Shown: piece after piece, positions 25,271 through 38,723 of the stretch
Position numbering within the stretch: the stretch's first letter is position 1
Layout of the letters: every line of letters starts with the position of its first letter
NCBI GenBank assembly: GCA_037379345.1
Contig: CM074516.1
Coordinates: forward strand, 20,460,001 to 20,524,000
Direction: 5' to 3'
DNA length: 64,000 nt
DNA from: Perna viridis
Lineage: Eukaryota
Made by a program: the position numbers and the translations under genes
The notes under the pieces: model-generated
The model's input: only the letters and a program-made list of their open reading frames with translations
What the model was told of the DNA's origin: nothing
Database searches by the model: none

Positions 25271-25531
25271 CCCGGACTTGGTTTTTTTATGAGCAGCTCG
25301 GCGGGTGTTACTAGAAAAACAGAGGATGATCACCCTACCGGTGAACCTGGTCCATGCTCCCAGTTTTTAGTGGAGTCCGAGTTGCTTATTTACTTTTGTT
25401 ACTTTGTGTGTATTTTTTAGTTACTTTATGTTCTTTATTGCGCTTGTTTGTTTTCCATGTCAGGTCTTTGTCCCTGGATTACAATCTTTTGATTATCGCG
25501 CTAGAATCTTGGTTTCCTTGATTACTCTTTC
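25271..25531 (+). mobile_element. Naiad-type PLE 3'-end fragment containing the full structured element
   Basis: cccggacttg...atgagcagctcggcgggtg...ccgagttgcttat...gattactcttt. Confidence 0.9.
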
Positions 25532-25914
25532 GTTATTGTGATGATCAGGAGGTTGTTCAATCAAAACAACTTGGAGACGAGGTATTTCTCAGCTATATTA
25601 CGGAAATTTCAATGCTAACCGATCATTTTATCTTTACATGCAAACTTCCCGCTCTCATACTAGTAAAATTAGTACACGTAGAGCACATGTGCATGGTATT
25701 TAAGAGGTATATTTGTATCTCGAATGACTGTTCTATGGCACCTTTTTGCTACATTAGGTGGTTTAGTAGTATAATATGCAAATCATATACGAATGTACAG
25801 TACTGAAATCACGAGTGCAAGAAGTCACTTACACTATTAGCGACTCTAAAAATATACAAGTGCTGACAATATGAAAGGTGACATGAATTTATACTTTTTC
25901 GGAAGCGTTTCATG

Positions 25915-26092
25915 TACTGTAAACCTACTTTTGTTCGCGGTGTACTAATTTTCGCTATTTACGCGAAATTGATTTTTAACACTATATAACGCTTATCATT
26001 TTTTGAAACCGCGAAAATTGATACCGGCGAATATGTTCGCTTGACAGAATTCGCGAAAATTAGCAACTGCGAAAATAAATACGTTTACAGTA
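25915..26092. mobile_element. TA-flanked MITE (Tc1/mariner-like) with repeated CGCGAAAAT motifs
   Basis: tactgtaaac ... gtttacagta termini, with inverted ttcgc/gcgaa subterminal motifs. Confidence 0.75.
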
Positions 26093-26904
26093 TTTAAAAA
26101 TAAATACATTTCATTCGATTATGCTACATGTAACATATAGCTTCATTGGCCAAATCCACGTGATTTGAAATACAAACGCTAATGATTATGTGATTATTTT
26201 TGTGGTTGCTTTTTAAGTGGTGTCTTTAAGGTGGTAGACCTAGGGTAATTGGTTTTTGTGAATGGCTAGGTATCTGAAAAGTATTTCAGTATTTCAGAAT
26301 GTTAAATATCATTTTCTCGAGTACAATTGTGTGTATATTGTGAAAATAAATACGTATACAGTAGTATAAAATTTGTTTTAAATTTACATATGCGATTTCA
26401 AATAAGAAACAAAAGGTCAACGTAATTATCAATTCAGTTTTACGCCTCAAACTGATATATATGTGAATAAATATATTTCTGTATATTTTATTAAAACGGA
26501 GAAATATATTTCTGTCCAAAAGAGAACGGGTATTATTTTTTTAATCTAATACCATCATTTAATATCTACCGCTGGTATGATGCAACTGCTGATGGACCGA
26601 AGATGCAAGAGGTAATCCACCAGTCTTGAGGTCAGACCTGCATGATATGATAGATTGCTAACTGAACTTTGCAGTGTCACAAAATTCAAAACCCCTGAAA
26701 TATTAAGGCTTATTCCTTGTATTGTACAAGGTAGAACTTGACAGTTTTGGATTTTGGCTTCCTATTTCGTTTTGGTTTTGAGAACCATCTGTATACAATT
26801 TATTGTTTTGATTAAGGACTTCCTATATATTTAGTTCGCTTTGGTCATTTAAAGACCAATCAAAAACCTCATTGTTCCTGTCGTTGTATTAACAGCCACT
26901 ATTG

Positions 26905-27205
26905 TCTCAGGGTAGCCTGCTCGCCGACCGAGTCACACCAAAGTCTTTAAAATTAATTTTCAGTGCTTCTGTGCCAAGCATGCGGTATTTAAGGAAAAAG
27001 AGTGAAGTCTAGTAGGCTCAGAGTCAGAATAATGTGCCCGTGTGGGGTGACATACCTACTTGCATGCTTCAGCTTCTGTGAGCTAGCAAGCAGGTAGATT
27101 CGGTTCAGCGTGTCGGCCCAGTACAAAGCAGGGTCTGTTCGATTAGTTGGTCGTTCTCGTCCTGAAATGCATGAAATATCCGCCATAGATTTAAATCAAT
27201 CAAAC
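26905..27205 (+). mobile_element. V-domain SINE, head truncated or decayed
   Basis: gagtcacaccaaagtctttaaaatt...gtgcttctgtgccaagcatgcggtatttaagga...gagtcagaataatgtgcccg...gtgagctagca...cagtacaaagc matches the recalled V-SINE core; (AATC)-like tail. Confidence 0.75.
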
Positions 27206-27938
27206 TGTCATTTATTCATTTGTTGGTTGATTATTATGTAAAAATAATTCGTGACATCAAGCGATTGGTATGAAATGTTGATAATGACCATATTTTCGTA
27301 TAGATATTTTATAAGTGAGTACCTTTAAAAATCATGCAGACCATGTAAAAGTATAATACAAATAGTTTTTTAGGAAAAGAAATCCTATAATCAATTGTTT
27401 TCATACTTTTTGCATGCCAACGGAAAGGGAGAAATATCAAAATTTGTATCGATGATAAAAGCGTTACTGTTGTCAAACATGTAGCATATGACTCATTGAG
27501 AACTGATATCATAATGTTGACGCAATGCTTAGGTCGTATAGGTTCAAAATAGATAAAAAAAAATCTTTGCTTCAATAATTCAATCAGGCAAGATGTTATA
27601 ATGCATTACACCTTTTCATTTCAAGGTCGACTGTACTAATTAATACTGAAATTGAAGGAAACGTGACGTACAGGTAAACACTTTCTAAACTTGATATCAA
27701 AATCAAGAATACGTAGCTTATATCTATTAACACCTCCCAGCAAAAGACAATAGTCGAAAAGCATACATATGCAAGTCAATTTCAGTGATCAGGTATCCAC
27801 CAAAACGCCCCTTAAATTATTTTGTTTATGTTGCATCTGACCGTATAAGAAGGAGAAAATACACATAGTTATGCACTTTTTGACTTTTCGAGTGTATCAT
27901 CCGAGACCGACTGACCGATATTGTTTTGACCATTGTCT

Positions 27939-28121
27939 TGGTCCATGCTCCCAGTTTTTAGTGGAGTTCGAGTTGCTGATATACTTTTCTCACTTTGAAT
28001 GTATTATTTTAGTTGCTTAATGTTCTTTGTTGTGTTTGTCTGTTTTCCGTGTCTGATCTTTGCCCCTTGAGTTCATTCTTTGGATTACCGCTATAACCTT
28101 GGTTCCCTTGATTACTCTTTC
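27939..28121 (+). mobile_element. Naiad-type PLE 3'-end fragment
   Basis: tggtccatgctcccagtttttagtggag...ccttgattactctttt. Confidence 0.88.
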
Positions 28122-29929
28122 TTAACAGTAGAGAATGAATTTTCTTACATAATCGAACTTAAAATAATGGTTTATAATGTTTTATCAGTTTACAAATCTG
28201 ATGTGACATCTAGCAAACGATATATTCTTTCAAGCTCGGTGGATGGGTGATCTAAAATCTTTTGGGCCGATCAAATTATAATGGCGATCATCCCTTTTTA
28301 TTGATAATTTTTCAAACGCAATTCATGCATGTTTGTACTCTAAAATGAAAATAGAAATAACCATACATTTTGATTGTTGACATAGACATAGATAAATGAA
28401 ATTAGTGCAGAAGTAATACCAAGTGTCAATCTCCTTTCAACCTACATGCTTTTTTTTAATTAGTTTACAATTAAACATTAATATGGCATTGCTCTGCTGA
28501 ATACACGTGATAAATACATGGCTAAACTTTTTTTCTAGTACAACTTATATACAATGTTAAGTTACTCTGTTTTTGTATCAAGATGAAACATGCATCGACA
28601 AACGATACGATTAATAATGAATATTTTGCACATGTATTTCTGTGTTACTTGCGCGGGTGGCTAATTACTTGATAAAGACTGTTTTGTTATTAACATGTTA
28701 CACTTATTTTGCCTACCTGAAATAAACAGAAACAAAACCCATTAAGTGTAAAACTGCCAAAAAGCAGCAAAACGTTACAACAGAATCAGAGCTAGTTCGT
28801 AAATAACAAAATTAAAATATAACGCGCACAAACGAAGACCATAATATTTATACAGCAACAAAGATAAATCGTTCAAATCACTTGAAATTATTGAAAATGT
28901 CATGATGACAGTCATTTGCTGACAAAAATCAATTTAATGAGGTGTTGTCTTAAGGAGTCATCATACGCTTAAAGTGTTATATGAAACCTTACCATATGGC
29001 AAAACACTTGACAGTCTTATTGATAAACGGATAGTACTATTCTCTATCTTAAATGTGAGACTCTATTGACATTTTTGGTAAGCAAATTAAACATATATCA
29101 TACAGAATTATCATGACTTACAATCCATTAGTAAACATTAAGGAACACATTCATAAGTGATTAGTCTCTGTCAGAATAATGCGGTCAGTGAAACATGGCA
29201 TGAAATACCACTTTGTCAGTGTAATTTTACTATTCTTCCTTATATTAAGAAGAATAAAGACAGTACTTAACTTATCAATTTGGTACAATAACTTATAAAT
29301 TAACGTTCCCATGATTTCTATCTCATTGGAATGCACTGCAAAGAACAGTTCAGTGATAGATACTCGGTCATAAACATCAATTCTTTGAAACTAATGGAAA
29401 ATGTCTGTACATCTCCGGTGATTAAATAGCAGTCATTTCAAATAAAGTAGATTCATTTGAGTGAAAGTATACTGTCTTAACTGTTGGTTTTTGACATGCA
29501 TGTTTCCCATTTTGCCATATACATTACTAGTTTCTTGTGATTTTAATTTTGTTTCTTTAAGGATTTGATTTTACTATATATATTTGTTTCTCTGGTTGAA
29601 TATGTGTAATTGATATTTAAATTGTAGGTATCACTTGATCGAGAGAATGCCATAGTTATAAAAATTACTTTAACCGGAAATGACATTTTGATTTTGAATG
29701 TTTTTTTCAGTAGGTTTGATGGATAAATGTTGATGACTTTTTTCTGGAACAATTATATACATGAATCAATTAATAATGGTAAGTATAAAGTATAATGGAG
29801 CAGATACTACCCAAAATATAGCAAAATAGAGCATATTTGGGTACAATGATACAATTTGAGACCAAAGTTGCATTTGATCTAAAACTTTCCATTTCACAAT
29901 TTTGAAGATCGTGATATTCCAACCCTTTC

Positions 29930-30339
29930 TACACTCCTTGAGACGTTTAAGTTTCCCGCACGCACGATACCTAAATGCACGGTAGACGAATGACAAAAAA
30001 ATAATAATATTGACATATAATGAAGACACAAAAAAATTTAAAAAATAAAATTAATGAAATTACATAAATTAATAATAGCAAAAAAAATATAAAAATAACA
30101 GTTAAATCATTGAAATAATCAAAGTAAAAAATTAAACGAACGCGTTTATCGTGCGTTTAAACGAACGCTCCTGTCGTGCGTTTAAACGAATGCTTCTTTC
30201 GTGCATATATCGTGCGTTTAAACGAACGCTTCTATCGTGCGTTTATCGTGCGTTTAAACGAACGCAAAATGATGTGTAAACGCATGATGAACGATGCACG
30301 AATGCTAAAATGGGAAACGTGAACGTCTCAAGGAGTGTA
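29930..30339. mobile_element. TA-flanked MITE with ~28-bp TIR (CACTC termini, CMC/EnSpm-like) carrying an internal minisatellite
   Basis: tacactccttgagacgtt is perfectly inverted as aacgtctcaaggagtgta. Internal ~23-bp repeats tcgtgcgtttaaacgaacgc at ~30133-30265. Confidence 0.8.
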
Positions 30340-32516
30340 ACTAAGTATTAACAATTAATTAAAACGTTACTAGTAGCGGTCATGTGACAGTCGGCAAATT
30401 AATACCAAAAAAGACTAGGGTATACCAGTATTTATCGACATAAAATCAAAGCAGAAAATCAATTCAGATGCATTGGTCTCAAATCAATAGACGGTCCACA
30501 TACACAAAGTTAAAATAGTTAAATTAGATTACACATAAAATTTTAAAATACGAAAATCAAGACAACACATCAAGATGTCATCAGGTGCACGTCCTTATTA
30601 TTCAGTTACATGCATGTTATCACTGAACCTGAACACTTTATTCTGCTCATCGAGTTTTGTTGTCAAAAACATTTTAAAGTTACGAATATAATATGGCTGA
30701 AATAATTGTAAGGATAGGTCAATCTGTCCTTTCTTGCTGCACAACATCAAATTAAATCAACTTACATTAGTTGGTAACGTTAAAAAGTCGATTTTAAAAC
30801 TGAAACCAAATGGTTTAATGAAACTGTGATTAATTACCATTTCCACAAAATCGTGATTCTAACTTGTTTTATATGTTTAAAGGACTCTAAACCGGAATCA
30901 GGAATTGCAAATAGGAACATAAAAACTAATTTCACAAACGTTGTCACGATTTTTGTTCTCAGTAACCAATTATATAATATTTTCTTAGAGATGACAAAAT
31001 ATGTGGTACTTTAATAATGAGTTTCGAAGACTTCTTGTCACGAATTTAATATGTGATACCAAATACTATAACTTTATATCACGAATTAAATTTATTTTTG
31101 GCTTTGGACAGTCCTAAAAAGGCTTACGCCCAAAATTATTTTACTATCGAAATTTGTTTACACCTACCCTAACGTCATTTAAGAATTCTATCCTGACAAG
31201 TGCTATTCTCTGTGTGAATCAAGCATTGGATGAATCATAGTGGAAAAACACACAAGTATTTCCATACCATCTTATTCAAAATGTTGTCTGAAAAGCAAAA
31301 ATAACATACATTTTTTTTATATTAGTAACTCGAGGTGTGGTGTATGAAATGCATTGAAATCATGTCATCGAAGAGGGTTCCCTCCTTTTTCTTCCTTTAA
31401 TCTATTGTTGATTTTAAAGTAAAGATTCAGTAAGTGAATGCCGCATAGCGGTATCTATGTAACGTCATTGAAGAAAAACGGCGCTAAATTGATGCAGCAC
31501 TGTTTCCTACATTCGTACGTTGATTTGGCATTAGATGGATGAGTATTTCATTGGCAATTACACCACATTTCCTGTTTTATATGTTAAATTTTCACATTCC
31601 ACATGCATACTGTAAGCAAATCGTGTCTAGTTCAATTTGGCACATTTGCACATATCTCATTATTTCGGGACATCATCGGACATTGACAGATTGTTTGATT
31701 AATTGCAGTAGTTTTTTATCAATTTAGATCGAAGATCAGAGTTGATTTTGCCTCGCCAGATTCTATAGTTTTGTAAAGCCTGAAAGCATATACAACTATC
31801 TCTTCCACTGCCGCAGGAAAATAGTTCCATTGGCATACACCGTTGAGATTTGATTTAAACACTAACCTATACCGTTACTTCTAAAATATCAGGATCAATT
31901 TCTTGTTATTTACGCAAATAAACAAAAGCAATACACAACTCTAACTCCGAACTAAATATGCTGATTAATTTTTTGAATTAACAACGCGATCCAATTAAAA
32001 ACAGTTGACCTCTAACCTCTTATCAGTACCTATTGCTCATTGTCAAATTTGTGGGTTTTTTTTCTGAGTATGATTCACTATTTCAATTTTTATCTGATTC
32101 TAACAGATTCAAGCACTTAATTTCAGTTAGAATGCACATTAGTCAAAACTATGGCGTCTAAATTGTATCCGTTTATGTGGTTCACTACATTAGACAATGT
32201 TTTATATTTCAATTGCTTAATTATTTAGTAAATTCAAGATAGAGAAAACTATTGTGGTTGTAAAAAAGTTAAAATACCGAATCGTTAAAACTAGATATAT
32301 ACCTATCTGATAATATAAAGCGCTCAAACAATGATAAATACAGACATATCCCTGTTTGTTCTTGGTTATATTTTCTACTTTTTATTGGTTACTTAACAGT
32401 GATGCGTTGGAGATCGTCACAATCATTTTTTTAAAGCTTCAATAAAAACGTTTAGGTACTATTAGAGGCATAACATAGGTGAACATTGTTTTTTTCTTTG
32501 AAACTTCATTGTTTTG

Positions 32517-32745
32517 GGCGGGTGTTTCTAGGGAAGTAGGGGACGCTTACTCTACCGGTGCACCAGGTCCATACTCCTAGTTCTAATGGAGTCCGAGTTG
32601 CTCAACTGCTTTTATTATTTTTCATGTATGATTTTAGTTACTTTATGTTCTTTGTTGTATATGTCTGTTTTCCATGTCTGGTCATTGTCCCTGTATTACA
32701 TTTTTTTGATTACTACTATAACCTTGGTTTCCTTGATTACTCTTT
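32517..32745 (+). mobile_element. Naiad-type PLE 3'-end fragment
   Basis: ggcgggtgtttctag...ccttgattactcttt. Confidence 0.88.
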
Positions 32746-33096
32746 CAATAAACGACATTACCAATTTAAAAAAGGATTGATAAACTCATGTGCACGTACA
32801 TCAAATGCTGTGAGAATAGGTGTTGCCCTTTAAAATTCAAGTGATACAAAGAATTTCAAATATTATTAAACGCTTTACTTAATATTCCAACTAATATATA
32901 ACATCGATCGAGTAACCTTGCGAATTAGAAACTAAATACTTTGTAATAGGGTACGTAAGTCTCGTTCTAGTTTCATTTTCTTTACCGGAATTTCCGATGT
33001 AGAACGTATTGAAAACCGAAGACCGATTTGTATTTTATTGTTTACTTCCTGATACTCGAAACTCTGTATAACAATGCAAAATCTTTAAGTTTATTT

Positions 33097-33097
<1 letters not shown>

Positions 33098-33139
<42 letters not shown>
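33098..33139. repeat. Poly(T) tract (other T-rich tracts at ~34014-34072 and ~35678-35706; (TAT)n at ~13957-13984)
   Basis: Direct inspection. Confidence 0.9.
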
Positions 33140-33140
<1 letters not shown>

Positions 33141-34384
33141 TTAATAGATTTATTATGTAAAAATATTTATTTGTCATTTTTATCGGGATTTTTACACAGA
33201 AAGATTTTTGCCCTTAACACTGAATTCAAAGCTCTCTAAATGACAAATCTCCATGCTTTTGAATGGTAGACTAGGACCCATTCTTGTGAAATCACGGGAT
33301 CACATGATGAGACTTACATACCCTATGGCTCATTACTTTAAAAAAAAAAAACTTATATGCGATCTGACATAATTAAGCAAATTGTTATATACTGATATCA
33401 TTTAAACTAAAATTTGGAATAAATTTATTTAGATTATAATAATAGTTTAAAACACGGCGAAGGGAGGTAAGTCTGTTTAACTCAATTGATTTATTTACAA
33501 AATACAAAGCAGTTATACTTCTTTCAATGAAAGCCTCTTTCTAATAGGATTAAAATTCTTTAATTGAGATCGTATCGTTTCTCCATCTACAGAAATATAA
33601 CTTATTCGTATGTGAAAGGTACAATATTTAGAGCGAGTTAAATTATTTTGCCAAGTCCTAGAATTATCTCACCTTCAGCTATAATATGAATTACGCCTTT
33701 TTAATAATATAATTGGTAATTTTTGTATCTATTTCACCAATCACTTTCATTGCATCTATTAGATCTTGCAAATTTCGATGTACTGTATATGTATTTCAAA
33801 GAATAACATCTCATCAGAAGCAATCAAATCAAATATAAAGGAATATCCAAATCCCAAAATGACTAGTACACAAGAGGATCTCAAATCCAAAAGTATCAGA
33901 ATAACAAGCCAAATCTACAAGAAGTTTTGCAATCAGTAATATAAGGAATGAAGCCTTGGTATTTTAAAAATTGTAAAAAGTTTGTTATTCTGCAAATTTC
34001 AATAAATAATACGTTTTTTTTGTTTTTTTTTTTTTGTTTTTTTTTTCTTTTTTGGTTTTTTTTTTTTTTTTTGCTATGATGTATTCAAGAACCGTATCAG
34101 CAGCCTTTTTTCACAAAAAATCGTAAGAGTAAAATTAGTCGTAAGTATGGCTATATAGGTAATCAGATATATCATTTACAACTTTACAACATTCAAACAT
34201 TCAAACAAGAGTTGAAAAATATGAGTTGCAATTTTTTTCTTTTTGAGGCCATTTTTCGGCGGAGTGCTACGGGACGTCACTTATGTTGTCCAGCTATACG
34301 ATCATTTTCACTCGACTGGTGTGAGGTTAAAAATTATCGTATAGCAAGATCCAAGGGATTTTAAACAAAATAGCGATAAGGAAA

Positions 34385-34615
34385 AATATAGATTCTTCTT
34401 CAGTCTCGAGGGGATTACAAATTTTTCAACTCAAAATAGTTAGATTTCAGATTTCAACCCACGCTTCAGAATTTGGTATTGAAAATGGAAAAAAATCTTG
34501 TAATCCTCGCGAGTATTGGAGGAGAATCTGTTTCACCTATGAAATCTGTAGAAAATTCGGAAATTAAATGGCAAGAAAACTCTTGCAGAAATTTTAAAAA
34601 GTCTCGTGCATTTTA
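34385..34615 (+). repeat. Dispersed repeat with internal palindrome; second copy at ~52915-53115
   Basis: Shared atttcaacccacg, gtaatc, agaatctgttt and aaatctgtagaaaattc blocks; arms agattct...gattacaa / ttgtaatc...agaatct (34390-34529). Confidence 0.7.
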
Positions 34616-34873
34616 ATCGCCGGCCTAGAATGGGAGAAAAGAGAATGCACAATGAGCTAAGAAATATGTGCTTATTTGTTTTTTTTTTACAAAATTACAT
34701 TCCACGTAATATAGACATGCAATTCGGATTAAGATAAACATAATAAAATATTCGAATTCAAAGAGACACAACCCCTCAAAACCTTATGAGTCGTTATATT
34801 TTAAATTGTACTTTGACACTCCTATTACACAAAATGATATTTCTATCATTTACGCAACAAATAAGTTGAAACA

Positions 34874-35060
34874 TACACAGGAAAAATTATGTCACATGAT
34901 TTTCACCTGAGTTAGCAAATAAATTAAGTGACATAGTTCACGTGAAATTCACACGACATGTTCACACGAAATTCGAATGTTTAGTGAATTTCACATGAAA
35001 ATCATGTTAATTTCATGTGAATTTCACATGAATTTCACGTGAAAAATATTTGCCTGTGTA
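34874..35060. mobile_element. TA-flanked MITE (CACAG termini) filled with TTCAC(A/G)TGAA palindromic repeats
   Basis: tacacaggaaaaat ... atttgcctgtgta; many ttcacatgaa/ttcacgtgaa units inside. Confidence 0.7.
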
Positions 35061-35672
35061 ACTTCATTGATGACATTAGTAACCATCATGTTCTTTTTCT
35101 ATTGATACCCAAAAGAAAATGACGGCCGGTGAATGATAATTTAAGAACAAAAATCGCCACATTGTATGGCTAAGTTATTCATTTAAAACATGATTCCTTA
35201 AAATAATTGCAATCATAAAAGTCATTATAACAGTCTACTCAGCACGATTGGTGTGAGGTATATTTAATTACCCGTGTTGTGGAATATTTCCAGCTTAATA
35301 CTCTATGGATTGCCAAATGATGCATTGATTGTATTATTTCCAATATGATTCCAGACCTTTTGTCCATTTTATGACAAAGTAATCACTCCAATTATTCAAT
35401 AATTGTGAGATATTAAAGTCAAGTCATCGGATCATTTATCATTATGATCATTTTTCAAGGTTTTACATTTCAATATGAATTGGTATATATCATTGTGTAT
35501 AATTTGCCGAAAGAACCTAATCTATCTGCAAGTGGCATCCCTTCGTTTTCCTAAATGGAACGAATGTAACTTTCCAGTTGGGTGTCTAGTAAATATTTTG
35601 TTAACGACATATATATGACCGAACATGATATTAAAGACTTTTACCAGTTTTATCTTCATGTTTGTTTGTTTG

Positions 35673-35712
<40 letters not shown>

Positions 35713-36230
35713 ATTTCAAGGCAAAAAGGATTGGGCCGAAATTAAAATCAAGAAAGGAAAGACCAGTGCATAATCAAGCCAAAATAATAGAAACTTCACC
35801 TTACATTAGGCAAATACTCAGAGTTGCATTTAAAATGGTTGTATCAATTTCACATCTGTTAGTAAATGTATTGAACCTAAAATACAACAATTTGTCGTCG
35901 GTCACCTGACCTGATAATCAAAATTTAATTAAAATGATCAAAGAAATGTCATGTAAGAAACTCAATCCAAACGGAAAGTAAGTAAATCATTCGTGAATGA
36001 CATTTAAAAAAATATATTTCTATTATCATTTGATTTTAATCACTTTTAGTGTCATGGTGGTTTGATCATTTTGATATAAGATAATTAAAACGATATTACA
36101 ATTTAATATCCTTTGTGTGTGTGTTGACATCCGGCTTGGCATCAATATGATTAATTTTATCTCTCAAGGTTCAACAAAACATGTTAAAGTTCTTGTGTTT
36201 TAAGTTTACGGTAATAACATTTTTTGTCTG

Positions 36231-36421
36231 AAAGAGTAATCAAGGAAACCATGATTCTAGCGGAAATCAAAATATAATCCATTGACAAAGATATGGAAAA
36301 CAGAAAAATGCAACAAAGAACATAAAGTAACTAAAATAATACATACAAAGTAAAAAAAAGTAAACGAGCAACTCGGACTCGACTGATAAACTAGAAACAT
36401 GGACCAGGTGCATCGGTAGGC
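36231..36421 (-). mobile_element. Naiad-type PLE 3'-end fragment
   Basis: aaagagtaatcaaggaaacc...catggaccaggtgcatcggtagg. Confidence 0.85.
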
Positions 36422-37314
36422 TAAGCAAGATACAAGTAAATTTGCATTTTTGTAAGTGCAAATCGATATAACTGTTATACAAATCAAACAGTTATACAAT
36501 TATCTCATTATTGAATTCATTTTTGGGGGATTTTGATACACCTCATTGCTTTCTTTCGAACATGTGAATAGCATAAAAAAATATGCATATTCTATGTTCC
36601 TTCCACATGAGAGTGCGTCGGTTTTCATGTAACTTGCATATTTCCTTGGTAAGCTTTAGTATATTTTTTTCAGATATGCTCGATTCAATCAAATTGTATT
36701 TTGGTTGCTACTGGTATAGGTAGCTTACTTCTACTTTAGAACTCGATATAAAAACCGCTTATAAGCTCTTGAAATTGAATCTTCTGGTTGAATGGAGTCA
36801 CTAACTATGGATCCCTAAGCTTTGTAATATATGATCATTTTTTTTCCTAAATAAAGTGAGTCTTTCAATTAAGACACTAACTTATGCAAAATTATAAATG
36901 GATTAATGAAGTTAATGAGAACATCTTTTTGTAACACGCAGTTCTTTCAATTGAGTTGAACATCGATATTACAGTAGAATAGAAAGAAAGATTTTAGCAG
37001 AATGCTGCTTAGACTGATATGGAGCAAATGCTAATGAAACAATATACGATACACATAAAATTCGATTTTTAACCATAAACATGTACGACGAAATTTCAAC
37101 CATAAATACAGATTTTCCCGCGCCATTATAAGGTTAAAATATCGGCAACAATATCGACTTATCAAAACAGCAGGACAGTTCAGAGGCATCAAAATTCAAC
37201 TCTTTTGGGCAAAACGTGAAAATATCAAACAAAGTCTATCAACATTCACAAAGTAAGCTACATAATAAAATACATAATTACATATCAAACCTGAAAGAGA
37301 ATAATACAAAAAGC

Positions 37315-37410
37315 TAAAACAGATGCAATATGAGCTCCAAATAAAACCGAAGTGATATCAGGTGCTCCGGAAGAGTAAACACATGCTGTTCCACCTATGA
37401 CACTTGTCAC
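37315..37410 (-). mobile_element. Diverged relative of the PLE 3' structured element
   Basis: Reverse complement ttactcttccggagcacctgatatcacttcggttttatttggagc aligns with ttaccctaccggtgcacctggtccatgctcccagtttttagtggagt. Confidence 0.65.
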
Positions 37411-38723
37411 ATTAAAAATCAGTACTATCTTAATAACATGCACGACAGCAACGATCACTGTGAGGTGTTTGTAAATTTTCACTTAGTTTTATAGGAGGAA
37501 ATAGTAAGTCTTTAATAAAAAGGTCAAAATCGTAAAAAGCGTACCTAGTTATTTTGTTAGGATTTCAAACGACCAGTATCATCCATGCGTAGGTTAATGA
37601 CTCGGTGTATAGCAGGAGATATTGTACCAGTTCTTTATTACATTTCAATTCCATATGGATAGATCAAATATCTTAGTAAAATGTATACCTTGATATTAGG
37701 AACAGTCAGAAACATCCCCATAACAGAAACCGGAATTGAAGGACTTTGTTAGTCTCTTCTCTTAGCTATGTATAAACATTAAAACAGATCGGCGATTGGG
37801 GTACATAATTCGCTCTCCCCAGAATTGTCTGTTGAAAGACCTCTTTTTGATTTGTATGGTAGCCTATGCTTCCCTTTCTTTGATATATTGATACAGAGCT
37901 TATACTTCGAGTTACTAGCACTCAAATTTAAATTTAAGCTGCAGATTTACACATTCCATTCTATTAATCATTTTAATTATAAACACGCGGACAACAAAAT
38001 GGGAAGAATCACTTTTGTTTTAGTAATGAGAAGGGTGTTACTCTAGTCATTAACAATCATTGAGTATAATACATTTGCCAGTGTGACGACAAACGAAGAC
38101 AATTCTCATGCAAATTAGTAATTGTTAAAATAGGGTACGCGGATCGAGTTTTTATAAGGTTTTGTCTTTATTCATTGAAATATTTTTGTTGTATCTGATG
38201 GTATACGAGATAATAATTATACCTATAAACTTGAAAGAGTAAAATATGTAAAAATGTCTATTTCGATCTCCAGTTTCATAATAGTGGCAAAAATTGAATC
38301 TAAAGAAATCCATTTCAAGAGGTTATGATACTGTATTATTAGTGACGTGACGACAAGATGAATATCACAGAAACTTGTTTAAAATTAAAAAGAATTCAAT
38401 CCTATTTTGAATGTAATATGCATGCAGATCAATATATTTTTAATGTTGATTTTGATCATGTTTGCTTTGTAAATGTAACGATGTAACTCAATAACGCAAT
38501 ATGTCTAGTGACGTGGAAACGAACTTTTTTTTTCGAAGTTCATAGAGTGTAATAACTTCCGATGCAGTTGATTAAATGCGAATTATGTCTGTCGAATGTT
38601 CATATAAAGAATTAATAATTCTAGAGATTCTTCGCAACAAGATCTTACATGTACTAAATCATTCTAACGATAAAAAATAGCTTTCGTATTATAACACAAA
38701 AAAATACACAATTATGCAAACTG

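Noticed and set aside
25345-25378. Superficial similarity of ctggtccatgctcccagtttttagtggag to the 3' half of a twister ribozyme
   Set aside because: No upstream UAA cleavage-site strand or P2 partner, and the pseudoknot pairings do not fit.
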